In this document: positions 39,572 through 51,290 of the stretch, piece after piece
How the letters are laid out: the number at the start of each line of letters is the position of its first letter
Numbering within the stretch: position 1 is the stretch's first letter
NCBI RefSeq assembly: GCF_018977255.1
Contig: NW_024704742.1
Location: 102,548,001-102,612,000, forward strand
Length of the DNA stretch: 64,000 bases
DNA from: Callorhinchus milii
Lineage: Eukaryota
Reading direction: 5' to 3'
Notes under the pieces: generated by a model
The model's database searches: none
What the model saw: only the letters and a program-made list of their open reading frames with translations
What the model was told of the DNA's origin: nothing
Position numbers and translations under genes: made by a program

Positions 39572-41598
39572 ATTAGATTGCTACAGTTAACCTTGATCCT
39601 CCTGGACTATGTAAGGGTAATATCACACAGGATTCCCACTCCTGATCACTGTGCAGTGACTGCTGCTGTAAGCCTCTCTGCCCTCGCTGTCTGGAAAGGT
39701 TTGAGAGGAGTACTGGAATACAGCTAGTCAGCATTTTCAGGAGAAGGGAAGAGAAAGAAAAAGCCAAATTATTAATGCAAAAGAGTGCGTCTCTTGTTGT
39801 GAGTAAAATGGAGTAGTTTACTTTGTCAAAGTATCTGTGCACATATGCATCACCTGAAATAATTCTGTAATTTTTAACTGATTTGGAGAGATAATGGACA
39901 CAGTTGGCAATTTGTACAGCAGGGACTTGAAGAATATCTCTGACTAGTACTTAGTGGTTATGATTCACTGGCCAAATAAGTAGGAAGAAGACCTTGTTTA
40001 TTCGTAGTAAAAATCATAGAAAAATTATTGGCCTTTCACAGAAGACTATTGTAATGAAATGTGCTGACAGATGTGCAAGTTTCTGAATAAACAGGAAGAG
40101 TGTTAACAGAGGGCAGAGTATGAGAACAAAAGATTGGATGGGTTTGCATGTTTATTTAAGGTCACGATAGTAGCAGAAAATTCCAGTGTTGGGCACAGAA
40201 ATTGCGGATGTGCTGTTGCTTTTGTGTCCAAGGCTGTTTATTTGTCAAAGCCAGACCTTCCTATGTAGTGGGCTGAGGTTGGCTGGGATGGATATTGAAA
40301 GCTGAGTAATCTGCATGGAAATGTGTTTTGAGACTAGGCAGTTACTGTTTATGGGGCTCCAAAGGGATTTGTTTTGTGATATTAAAATGTCAGGTTTTGA
40401 CGAGTTTCAGCATCAGCCCTCATGGGTCTATATAATGAAGCAGGAGGTTCCTAGATCCCTTTAAACTGTTTTCTGTCAACTCACAAAAAGTCAATGGATT
40501 GAAATAGCCTGTTTTGCTTGGATATAAATATTACCAGGCTGTTGAGATTGGTTAGTGGATGGACTGAAAGGATGGCAAGAATAGCTTCCATACTCCTTAA
40601 GGAGAATGATGGCAGGGCTGAAAGCAAACAGCTCTTTCCTTTCTGTGCTGATTAATGCAATAAGAAGCAAAAGACAGGCTCACAAAAGGGCTGAGTTACC
40701 ACACTTTACCTGATGCAGACAGCAATCTCTGTAAAATGCTGCTGTAAGTACAAGTACAACTACAGATGTACCTAACCAAACAACGTTTAAAATTCTAATC
40801 GCTTTTCTCACCCACTTCTCTTTTGTCCACTGCATTTTAGTTTCCACGTCAGTTAGCAAATAATCTCCGGTGATCTTTGTTTAACCTTGCTCCGCAACAC
40901 TGCCTGCAGCTCCTTTAGATCTATCGTGGTTGTAAATGGCAACAAGCACAATGACATAAAGTAAAGCACTAGCCAGATGCTCTATGTTTAAAGCAAAATC
41001 CTTCCCTGCATGTGAGTTTCAAGTTAAATGCTTGTTCACTCTGTTGTAAGGATCTTGTCCTATACATACTGTTGTTTGTACATCAAGATAGAATGAAAGG
41101 CCATTCAGATCATCATGTCCATGCTAGTGGTTGCTCCCTTATTGGAGCTATAATCCTATAACCTCCCTCTTTCCCCATATACTTTAATACAATATTCCTC
41201 AAATATTTATCAAATTACCTTTTAAATAATGTTTTTGGACTCGGCTTTACCATTCATTTGTGGTGAACCTGTGTGTGATATAGGCCACTGGTCCCTTGGT
41301 AATGGCTGAAGGAAACTTTTGATACTTTTTTCCTACTCCATTTGCAAACCATTTGAGAAAGGAAAGGGAATCTAGCTGGCAGGAATAAATAGTATGCTTT
41401 AACACACCAGTGCACCAAGACTCTTGTGCCACTGGGAACCTGGCTTCAATTTATATTAAAATTTTATTGTATGTGATTTATTTGTGTGTGTGGTGGGGTG
41501 GGCAGGGGCGTTGTTGGAGATAGGGACAATCTTACTTAAATTAGTGTTGGTAATTGGTGGTTCGAGAGAGATAGAGACTCGTGCTTTTGTTCCTTCAG

Positions 41599-41816
41599 GT
41601 TATTTTCCCGCGAGTGGCCCGGGTGTGTAAAAACGACATGGGAGGTTCTCAAAGAGTACTGGAGAAGCAATGGACGTCATTTATAAAGGCTCGTCTGAAC
41701 TGTTCCGTACCAGGAGACTCGCACTTTTACTTCAACATCCTTCAGTCGGTCACAGATATTGTCCATATTGATGGCCGTGATGTCGTTCTAGCTATATTTT
41801 CTACTCCATATAACAG
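41599..41816 (+). CDS. SEMA6A: SEMA6A coding exon 9
   Basis: tccttcag|; [72 protein letters not shown]; |gtaaac; 218 nt. Confidence 0.98.
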
Positions 41817-42598
41817 GTAAACATGGTGTGGGGTAAATCTCCCTCGAGGAATGTAAGACTTCTATTGTTAGAATAAGCAGCCTCGTCTTCTTGAAGAAAC
41901 AGTGCTTGTTTAAATGGCCAGTGCTGATCAGTAGGCTGAAGGCTGTTATTACAAATAGGTCAAATGTAATTTTACTGGGGTCCCATAATAAGATTTTCAG
42001 AGCACACATGCTAATCATCTGCCATTTCTTAATCTGTTCAGTGGTTTGCTGTTTTAAATGAAATTAAATTGTAACAGTATATGTTTACATTTTAACTCTG
42101 TAAAATAGCTAGTGTTTATCAATAGAGGTAATACTTATAAATGTTTATCTATTAGCCTAGTGTTTTCTTTGTTGCATTAAGTATCTCGGGAAAACAAACA
42201 TTATACTGAAAATAATACATATATTTCTGAATCCTTTTGGAATGTGGCTAGAATTTTTATGCAGCCTTTTTGGGGGAGGCTTGATATCTGTTGTCCATTG
42301 CTTTTTGTTTGAATTTCGAGCATCCAAATGGTTATTGTTTTCTTGTTAAAAATAAATTCAAGACTGTAAAACATTTGTCCTCGGCAGGGAGCAGTGTCCA
42401 GAGAAGTGTGTGCGTGGGTGTGCGTGCATGTGTGAGAGAGTGAGTGTGAGAGGACCTCCGAGGTTAGCTGTGAAAGCTCATTACTGAGTAGCTTGTTTGT
42501 AGCAGAACAGGATGCCAAGTTTACTGTGGTTTAAAGATGAATTTTGTACATAGCTCTTGTGTGAACTTGTGTTTCTTCTGGTCAACATCACATTTCAG

Positions 42599-42730
42599 CA
42601 TCCCTGGCTCAGCAGTCTGTGCCTACGACATGGCGGATGTAGCCACTGTGTTCACTGGTCGGTTCAAAGAGCAGAAATCCTCGGATTCCACTTGGACACC
42701 AGTGGCTGAAGAACGGGTTCCTAAGCCAAG
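42599..42730 (+). CDS. SEMA6A: SEMA6A coding exon 10
   Basis: catttcag|; (S)[43 protein letters not shown]; |gtacgc; 132 nt. Confidence 0.97.
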
Positions 42731-43280
42731 GTACGCTGGCGCCGCTCAGGAATGTTTTTTTAAAAAATTCATACCCTTGGAAGTATAAAAGCTTCTTGGC
42801 AACAGTCCTAAATGGTTTTCCGCTGGAATGAATGGACAAAAAGAGAATAAGAATTTGCACTGAAGAAAGCAGTAATGATTTTGTCCTTAATAAAAGTTTT
42901 CATCATTTCAAGATTCCCCCTCCCCCCGTGAAAATGATACAACCCTTTTCCTCATCTCATCACAAAACCATAATTCAGCTAAAGGGCGAGCTAACAACAC
43001 AAAAGATGCTGAACAACCATTAAAGAAAGGGATGTAAGTTGCTTTGACCACTATATATAGGAGTGTTTGTTTTCATTTTATTTGAATATTTTCCTCGCAG
43101 TAGATTTCTGGTCTATTCTAAGGGATCAATGTTTAGTCTTTTTCAAGGACTGGGGTTGGATGCAATCTAAATTGGATGCAGTCTAAATTCTTCAGCTGCT
43201 GTTCTTACTTGACTTGGTTTATTGCATGAAAGTTGTCCCTTATCAAATAAGTTCTTTATTTGATAAAGATATTTGATAAT

Positions 43281-43618
43281 GGAGTCCTGTAGCTCAGTGG
43301 TTAGAGCACTCGCTTTGCAAGCGAGACACCTGGGTTAATTTCCAGGCAGGGCAAAACCTTGGGCAAGTTTCCTTACTCCACACGCCTAATAATAATTCCT
43401 ACAAAACAATAATAAATTGGTCATTTTCAATCCACGACTGTTTGTGGGACACGGCTGTGCGCAATTGGCTGCCACTTTTCGCCCACAAATATACGGTCAA
43501 TTCACCTTACAGCATATTCTGTGAAGCGCTTTGAGATGTCTAGAACACATGAAAAGCGCTATATCAAATGCAAGGATTATTATTATTATTATATCAAATG
43601 CAAAGATTATTATTATCA
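43281..43618 (+). mobile_element. Full-length tRNA-derived SINE with duplicated 3' terminus
   Basis: Starts GGAGTCCTGTAGCTCAGTGG; tail tatatcaaatgcaaggattattattattat repeated twice. Confidence 0.92.
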
Positions 43619-44986
43619 TTAAGTTTAATTTTATTTGAAAAGTTGATGACTCGTGCTCCTTGTTCCCAATCCCAATTTACTTCAAACTAATTGGTTTGGG
43701 GGTCCCTCTATTTTTCAAATTCTGTACATTTTTCCAGCAAAAGGACAATATCACCTTATCTTCGACTGCTGTACTAATATGAAAATTAAAATTGCCCTTT
43801 TTATTTCTACTTTCAGCCACATTACTATCCTCATCACTAATTCCTTTTGCTGTAGTTGTCCAGGCTGCAGACTTTTTCTCGTCTTTGGTCAGCGCTGCTT
43901 TCTCATGTTTGACAGGAGGATTAGATCCCTTTTGCTGGTGCAGAGAGGGAGCCTGATGAGAGTTGGCAAAATATATCCAAAGAGAGTCATGAGCAAGTTG
44001 CAACCAGATTTGGATTGTGCTGTTCCGACAGTAGGCTTTCTACACCTTCTCCTATTACATCTAACAAGCTTTCCACTTGCATCTAGATTTTCCATCTGCA
44101 GTATTTTGCTTTTTTCTTCTTCTAGATTTTCTATGTTGAGTTAGCGTTTCAAAACAACCAGAATTTTAGCAAATTCTTAAATGCAGCCCTAATTTCAAAG
44201 ATGGTTTTCTGCACATTTCTTTTAAGAATTATAGAAGTGGAATTACCAAGCAGAATTTCTACCCCTATTGTGTGAACCTTACAACCAAAACCTCTCTGCA
44301 TGACACAACCTCCTATACACAAGAACACTTTGGTTTAAATCTTTTGAAGGTTTCTGAAGCTTTTTGACTATGCCAAAACATAACTGACTGCTAGTCTTCT
44401 GTGTTAGGAGAAAGGAGACCACTATCTATGGTCCTACATTCACTTTATGATATTCATAATCTCCTTGTTGTCTTCTTTAATTAGAAGAGACACCAACCAG
44501 CTAAGCCTCACCAGAATTTGCAGATCTTTTTCTTAATGGATATAAATAAAAAGAAAGCCACCGCAGAAAGAATGTAATGTGATTGACACTAAGAGTAATT
44601 CAGTTTATTTGATAAATAATTAATAGAAGAAACTGGGACACGGATAAAATATTAAAAGCGAACATGGTGTACATTGTGGATTGAAGTTCTGTAATTGATG
44701 CGGAGAAAATCCCTGGGTCTGTATGTTTCAGCAGCACAGCTACCCCAGTGTGGATCACATGAGCTGTTGGTAAGTCTCCAAGCCTTACAGAAGAAAGCAG
44801 TCTTCAACTCCCATTCAAAAATTAAAACCCAAAGAAAGTCCATGAATAGTTTAATGGACGAGATGCAGTGTTTAACTTCCTTTTTACTACCTCATGTGAG
44901 AATGCACCCATAATCCTCAAAACCTGGCTGCACTGCTGGCTCCTCTTGGCTGCTTCTTAACAATCCTCCTCTTTGTTCTATGGCAG

Positions 44987-45142
44987 GCCTGGATGTTGTG
45001 CAGGTTCAATGTTACTCGAAAGATATGCGACTTCCAATGAATTCCCAGACGATACCCTCAACTTTATTAAAACGCACCCTCTCCTGGACGAGGCTGTCCC
45101 TTCAATCGACACCCGGCCGTGGTTTCAGAGGACGATGGTCAG
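44987..45142 (+). CDS. SEMA6A: SEMA6A coding exon 11
   Basis: tatggcag|; (R)PGCCAGSMLLERYATSNEFPDDTLNFIKTHPLLDEAVPSIDTRPWFQRTMV; |gttagc; 156 nt. Confidence 0.97.
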
Positions 45143-45344
45143 GTTAGCAACGCCTTCTTCATTCAGTCTTGTTTTCATGCAGTTCAGACTTCGTCTGGCA
45201 TTGGTTTGAACCAGAGCAACAGAATCTCTGATCCACAGAGGAATTTTATGCAAAGCTGGACCAAAAAAGAAAAGATGGATTATAACTGAATACAACTACT
45301 AATCCTTCACTATTGCATCAAGATATTTGAAGTTGAAGCTTTAT

Positions 45345-45620
45345 ATGAGGGTTCAGTGGGTATATACACACCCTGGTTTGGAATTAGAGCGTACAGCCTG
45401 GGAAGGACTTGCTTTTGATCCCGGTTCTATGTTGTATTAGCAGAATATTGTCGGGGTGATATGAGAGACCACGTGTGGACTTTGTGGCCCCAAGCTAGAG
45501 ATAGGGGGGATAAATTATTCCTGCTTCTGATCACTAACCAGTCATGCTTGCTGGAATGTGTGTTTGCGTGTGTGCGTGTGTTTGTGTGTGTGTGGACATT
45601 AAATGAAGCTAGGATGTGCA
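45345..45620 (+). mobile_element. Family B ancient SINE-like copy
   Basis: ggttcagtgggtata...gggaaggac...ttgatcccgg...ttcctgcttctgatcactaaccagtca..cttgctgga. Confidence 0.55.
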
Positions 45621-45780
45621 TTTTATGCAGAAAGAAATTCAGAGGATCAAGAAAAGCGTGGCACCATAGAACATTTTCACAGATGCATTTGAACAGTGGG
45701 TTTTGTGGCAGTGTGGACTGCTGGGTGATCGTACAAAATACCTGTTGTAAATCAGCCAAATTTTGTCATTGCTTCAAATT

Positions 45781-46093
45781 GGAGTCCTGTAGCTCAGCGA
45801 TTAGAGCACTCACTTCACAAGTGAGAGACCTGGGTTCGATTCCCGGCAGGGCGAAACCTTGGGAAAGTTTCCTTACTCCACATGCCTGATAATAATCCCT
45901 CAAGAAAAAAACACACAATAATAAAATTGATCATTTCAATCCAAGACTGTTTGTGGGACACTGCTGTGTGCAATTGGCTTCCATGTTTTGCCAACAAATA
46001 CAGTATATTCACTTTACAGTATATTCTGTGAAGCACTTTGAGATGTCTAGAAGACGTGAAAAGCTCTATATCAAATGCAAGGATTATTATTAT
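45781..46093 (+). mobile_element. Full-length tRNA-derived SINE
   Basis: GGAGTCCTGTAGCTCAGCGATTAGAGC...GGTTCGATTCCCGG (B box)...tgcaaggattattattat. Confidence 0.92.
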
Positions 46094-47301
46094 AAGTAAA
46101 AATCAGAACAAGCTGAATGTGATATCTATTCAACTGTCTGTACTGACTGAATACAAATATCATATATAGGCTTCTGTGATAGGCTAATGGGTAAAGCCAC
46201 TGCTTTGTCCGAAATAAGCCACACAGATAAGTCAGCTGATCATTGGTAGGACAGTAGTTGGAATGCTGTGCTTGGCCTCATCTTTTAGGGAGGGGAAAAT
46301 CAGTCGAGATTTGCACTGCACGTTAACTATCCAGAGATTTTCTCCCTCTTGAATTGCCGACTCCCCGTGACTACATTCATCACTCTCTGTGCATCAAGTA
46401 GTTAAATGTAAACTTACCTGTGGGCAATCTGACAATGTTTGAAAAAACGTATAATTTGGTTCTTTTCCAACTGTGTATTTGGGGACTGTTTTAAGTCATC
46501 AGTGAAGATCTTCTAGCTTAGTTGCTAGGGAAGTGTTTTGTTTAGTGTGTAATTTGGAGTAACGTGTACTTAAAGGAAGCACAGCTGTTAAACAGTGAAC
46601 ATGCTGTGATTCCCATATATGGAAAAAAAACATTATAACTTATTGTTTTGAGTCTATAAACCCAAGCATAGTGTTGTAAAGGGGTACAAAGCCAAAATGG
46701 CTGTCAGCCACAGAGTCACTTTCTGTGCACGACATAAGCATGTAAGAAGCACAGTTGATATTTGCTGCTGACTTGACTTTCTACACACGCACGCTCTCCG
46801 TGAGTGAAGGCACCTTAAAATGGTCAATAAATAGTTCCTGACAAAACTGTCAGTCCACATAACTAAATAGCCTCATCCAAGTGTGGAGAAACTGCTGCAT
46901 TTTGTTGAGTTTGGGCTTTTGGTATTGCAGCTTCAGGTCACTACCCAGTTTACACTGTGAGGCCCCAGTAACACTATCATTTTCCTGGGTACTGTTTTAA
47001 TATGCATCCAGTGGGGAAAATTGATAATTGTGGAGTACATGACATGTCCAGCAAGAACTACCCTGCTAGTTTGGCTAGCAATGCTTAGGACAATCAATGG
47101 ACTCCACTTCCAACTCTGCCTTGGGTTACTGCAGACTTCCTCTCTGCAAGGATTCTGCTCTATGTGAACGTTATATTAAATTACACTCTACTCTCTCATG
47201 AGATATTTTATGAGCAAAGCTTAAGATTCATCAGAATTTTTAATGTGCATCACTTTCAAAACCTTCACATTAGCTTGAACATTCTCTCTTTGCTTCTGCA
47301 G

Positions 47302-47475
47302 ATATCGACTGACTAAAATTGCCGTGGATAATGCAGCTGGGCCCTACCAGAATTACACTGTGGTTTTTCTGGGGTCAGAGAGAGGAGTTGTCTTAAAGTT
47401 CCTTGCCAAAACAGGCATTGGCATCATCAATGACAGCGTCTTCTTGGAAGAGATTAACATCTACAATTCAGAGAA
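47302..47475 (+). CDS. SEMA6A: SEMA6A coding exon 12
   Basis: ttctgcag|; (R)YRLTKIAVDNAAGPYQNYTVVFLGSERGVVLKFLAKTGIGIINDSVFLEEINIYNSE; |gtatgt; 174 nt. Confidence 0.96.
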
Positions 47476-47689
47476 GTATGTGTACTGGTACTTCACAATG
47501 GGTATCTGCTAATGAGAACAGCTCATCTCCGATTGTGCAGGAGGCATGTTATTGTCATTTCTGTTGAGCGAGCGGCAGGCCAGTTGAAGGAGCATATTGT
47601 GCACATGGTTATAACAAGACAGCCTGGTGACAGACAGCCGAGCTAGTGACTACATTTCATTCTCACTTACTAGTTGCCTTTTTTGTCAG

Positions 47690-47830
47690 GTGCAGCACAG
47701 ATGGCGTAGAAGACCGGAGGATTGTGGGTATGCAGCTGGACAAGCTCAGCGACTCCCTGTACGTGGCCTTCTCCACGTGTGTGGTGAAGGTACCTCTGGC
47801 TCGATGCGAGCGTCATGGCAGGTGCAAAAA
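47690..47830 (+). CDS. SEMA6A: SEMA6A coding exon 13 (end of Sema domain, start of PSI)
   Basis: ttttgtcag|; (K)CSTDGVEDRRIVGMQLDKLSDSLYVAFSTCVVKVPLARCERHGRCK; |gtgagt; 141 nt. Confidence 0.96.
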
Positions 47831-47980
47831 GTGAGTTGAGAGTTGTCTTGTCAATTACCTTATAAGATTTGATTTGGCATGGCATTTCATTGCTAAAGTG
47901 TATGGGCAGGAAATCCTCTTGTTCTAGGTTTATATCCACAATGATAACACTAAATGATTAACATTTCTGCCTTTCCCCAG

Positions 47981-48058
47981 GACATGTATTGCTTCTCGAG
48001 ACCCTTACTGCGGCTGGCTAAAAAAAGGAGTTTGTGCAGAGTTGTCTCCTGCGTTTAA
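47981..48058 (+). CDS. SEMA6A: SEMA6A coding exon 14 (PSI domain)
   Basis: ctttccccag|; (K)TCIASRDPYCGWLKKGVCAELSPAF; |gtaagt; 78 nt. Confidence 0.96.
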   Translation, partial: DMYCFSRPLLRLAKKRSLCRVVSCV

Positions 48059-48577
48059 GTAAGTAACAGCTGAAAAAAAGGTGAAAGTGCAAAACGGCCT
48101 GACCTGAGAAATTAACCGAGTAGAAGTGAGGGATACAAGCGAGGGTCAGGGCTGAGCCTCTGGCAAATGCTGGGCTCTTCAAAGTGAATGCTGTTGGATT
48201 GTTTGTAGGGTATTCTTGCAGATTCCCTGGGGTATTGTGTGTCATTTGGGAATAGCAGCAATTGGCCTGTTGGCCTTTTTTGGTTCTATTTTTAGAATGT
48301 CATTCCTTGGTGGTCTTAATGTTAGGGATCAGACTGAACAAAGAGTGACACACTTACAAAGATGTAACTTTAATGCACGGAGAAAAATCACCAGGCATAT
48401 GAAGGTCAACAATGGGAATCTCAAGCAATTAAAAGAGCACAAATTTTAGCATTCGGCACTTAATGGATCTTGTTGTTTGTTGGGGTATATTTCTGTTTTA
48501 TTTTCTGAGCCCTAAGAGGAAATATTTGGCTTTTTGGTGTTCCTGACTGTTGATATCCCCCTCTCTCTCTCTTTTAG

Positions 48578-48636
48578 ATCCGGGTTTGAGCAAGATATTG
48601 AGCAAGGCAACACAGATGGTCTGGGAGATTGCCAAA
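48578..48636 (+). CDS. SEMA6A: SEMA6A coding exon 15
   Basis: cttttag|; (K)SGFEQDIEQGNTDGLGDCQ; |gtaagc; 59 nt. Confidence 0.95.
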
Positions 48637-48883
48637 GTAAGCAAACCCATGTTTTTCTTGGGTTAAAGATACTTTTGATGTCCCAGTAACAATGTTATTT
48701 CAACAGGATAGTGCTTGAACTAAAGAGCGAGTCTTAACAGTGTGAAAATTCCCAAATGACAAAAGGTAGTCATCTCAATGGGCCAGTCTGTATCTTTAAA
48801 AGATTGTCTCTTGCTCACTCATCGATACATGCCAATCACAGAAGTTCCATACATTATCACCCCCGCCCCCACTTTTCATTTTA

Positions 48884-49005
48884 AAATAATAATAAGAATC
48901 CTTGAATTTGATACAGCGCCTTATCACGTCTTATTTGAGACGTCTCAAAGCACTTCACAGAATATACTGTTAAGTGAATTGACTGTATTTTATGGGCAAA
49001 GAAAC
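48884..49005 (-). mobile_element. SINE tail fragment (antisense)
   Basis: aataataataagaatccttgaatttgatacagcgccttatcacgtc...gagacgtctcaaagcacttcacagaatatactg. Confidence 0.82.
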
Positions 49006-49861
49006 ACTTACAGCTAGCTTTGTGTTCTTTGAACAGAGTGGTGAAATGCGTTCTAATTGTACGAGTGTTCCTGCCTGATGATATCTGGCTCCCTCTCTTA
49101 TTGTCTTGTTAAGTGCAGAACTCGTGATCTGAAATATTATTGAAAAAGAATAGATGCTGCTGGTTAAAATAAGGAAATTTGAGGAAATAGTTTGAAAATA
49201 TCTCATGATGTGAATATTCTGACTGCTTAAAGCAAGGCAGTTTAGGGATCCTTTCAATAAAGTCAGTCACTTCTTTTCCATCTGCAGGTATTTCATGGTA
49301 AACTTATTTCTTTGCTAGTAGAAATATGTTTTACCTTTGTCCCTAGGTATTTTGGAATGAACGAATTGCAACATACCCTTTCTAATTAGTTTGAGAAATG
49401 TTACTCTGACCTCTTGGCTGCTTGGATATAGAAAATAGCAGCATGGTTTGAATGAAAATGGGAATGTGGCATGAGAAAACCACACACTTTTACAGAAGTG
49501 TGTACTAAACATTTAGCTGAACAGTTCCCACAGAAGTGAAATCTGTTCAATGTTTGTTTGAGAGGAATAAACTCACCAACAAATCCCTGCCCCTCCCTAT
49601 ATTCAATGGTGAAGCCTTTTCCTTTCTCCTTTGATACTAGCACTGCACCGTCTACTCTCTGCTGCCTTTACAATCCCATTAACAGTTTGCTGCCATTTCC
49701 AAATCACTTTGAACACTTTATCACAGGGCGCCTTTACATTGTAAACGGGTGGAGTGGGGGGAGGTGAGGGGAGTCTTGGTAGGGTGACCCTGCAACAGTT
49801 TTAATTTGTGGAGCTCAGCGTTCCTACAAACTCTACTTTTTCTTTTGTTTTCTTTTTCCAG

Positions 49862-49882
49862 ACTCCTTCGTGGCATTGAATG
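49862..49882 (+). CDS. SEMA6A: SEMA6A 21-nt microexon (coding exon 16)
   Basis: Long pyrimidine tract ...tttttccag|; (N)SFVALN, identical to the human NSFVALN as I recall it; |gtaagc; phase 1-1. Confidence 0.93.
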
Positions 49883-50099
49883 GTAAGCGTGTTGTGATTC
49901 TATCATACACTAACTGTTGGCACCAGCATCTGTTAACACTGTAACGATTGTGGCCGGGGTGGGGTGGGGAGGCAAAGATTCTGTTCGTATTCATGTAAGA
50001 CTTTTTTTTATTAACCATCATCCTTTATTCACCCTATTTCTTTTCTTTTGACACGTATATATGGTTTGTCTTTCCATTCCCCCCTTGTTTTCTTTATAG

Positions 50100-50150
50100 A
50101 CCTTTCTACTACTCCACAAGATCATGAAATGTCTCACGATGCAGCACATG
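50100..50150 (+). CDS. SEMA6A: SEMA6A 51-nt alternative cassette exon (coding exon 17)
   Basis: ttctttatag|; (D)LSTTPQDHEMSHDAAH; |gtcagt; phase 1-1; same length as and similar to the human isoform insert DISTPLPDNEMSYNTVY (from memory). Confidence 0.85.
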
Positions 50151-50829
50151 GTCAGTGTTTTGCTTTGGTTCTCCCATTTGATTCTTTGACTTTCAATCTG
50201 ATATAAACCTTCCTATCAATTCATTTGAATACTGTAGACCTTTTAGCTGAGCTTTACCCTGCTTTGCTCTTGCTTTTAGATTTCTTTTTGCCTGTAGTAT
50301 CGATTTAGAGCGAAACTTTAACTTGTCTTAGTAAAGTATTAGCATAGTGCAAGCCCATGGCATTTGGTGAACAACCTATTGTAGCTTACTCAAAGTTACT
50401 GTCCTGCCTTAATCCAGCTCTGGTTTTGTCTAACACACTGAATATAAAAATATATAGAATTAGCTTAGTTACTGTTGATAATATAACCCTGGACCTCTCC
50501 TAGCTTATTGTCTATTCTTAAACTTCAGGTGTGATGTGAGACATTTCACATCACAAATTTCTCGTAAACTCAATAACAACAACTTGCATTTATATTGCAC
50601 TCTTCATGATAGTGCCCTTCACTCGGGTAGCATCTTGGAACGCTTAACTTGTATCTCTATAAGAAGAGGATAATTCCAGAAATTAAACAGGTTTACCAGA
50701 GGTACAAGCTTGAGTTCTGACTTATTTTCTTTGCAATGGGTGTTAATATGTAGTGTATTAAAGAGCTTAATAACGGCCCTCCCTCCTTTTTCACCCTCCT
50801 CTCCTGAAGGCAGTGAGTTGTGCTATAAC

Positions 50830-51052
50830 ACCACCACCAACAACAACTTGTACTTATACAGCACCCTCCACGCAGGGTAGCGTCTCAGAGCGCTTAACAT
50901 TGGCGGAGCCTGACTCCGAGCCGGGGGAAGGGGGCAGGCAGCTGTAAGCACGTTCGAACATGAAAGTTTTCAGGCGGGACTTGAAAGAGGGGAGAGAGGG
51001 GGCAAGGCGGAGGGATTGAGGGAGAGTGTTCCAGAGTTTCGGGGTGTGCTGC
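50830..51052 (-). mobile_element. L2 3' end fragment
   Basis: Minus frame PKLWNTLPQSLRLAPSLPSFKSRLKTFMFERAY, then tail ...gtacaagttgttgttgg. Confidence 0.88.
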
Positions 51053-51159
51053 GGTTCCACAGGCACGGCTTGGGCTCTGGTACCTCATTCAACCAGCACG
51101 TTGTTATGTGTGAACCTAGACAATCAGCATCAGCAGCATTGGGCATTTACTTCATGACT

Positions 51160-51290
51160 GAGGACATTGCGCAAATTCAAATTGGTTGCTGCATTCGCCT
51201 GCAAAATACAGTAACAAAAGAAATTCCCCTGTGAAGCGCTTTGAGACGTTGTGACATAGGCTATGAAAAATGTATGGGTTGTTATTAGTG
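51160..51290 (+). mobile_element. Diverged SINE body/tail fragment
   Basis: ggacattgcgc...aaattggttgctgcattcgcc...ctgtgaagcgctttgagacg. Confidence 0.6.

Noticed and set aside
43281-43355. tRNA-Ala/Val genes at the SINE heads (also 15335-15406, 22364-22435, 45781-45855)
   Set aside because: Each continues into the same SINE body and tail and lacks a proper acceptor stem; they are SINE promoters, not tRNA genes.
43653-44144. 163-aa ORF with overlapping antisense ORFs
   Set aside because: Starts at GTG, no homology recognised, lies in an intron and overlaps a repeat remnant.
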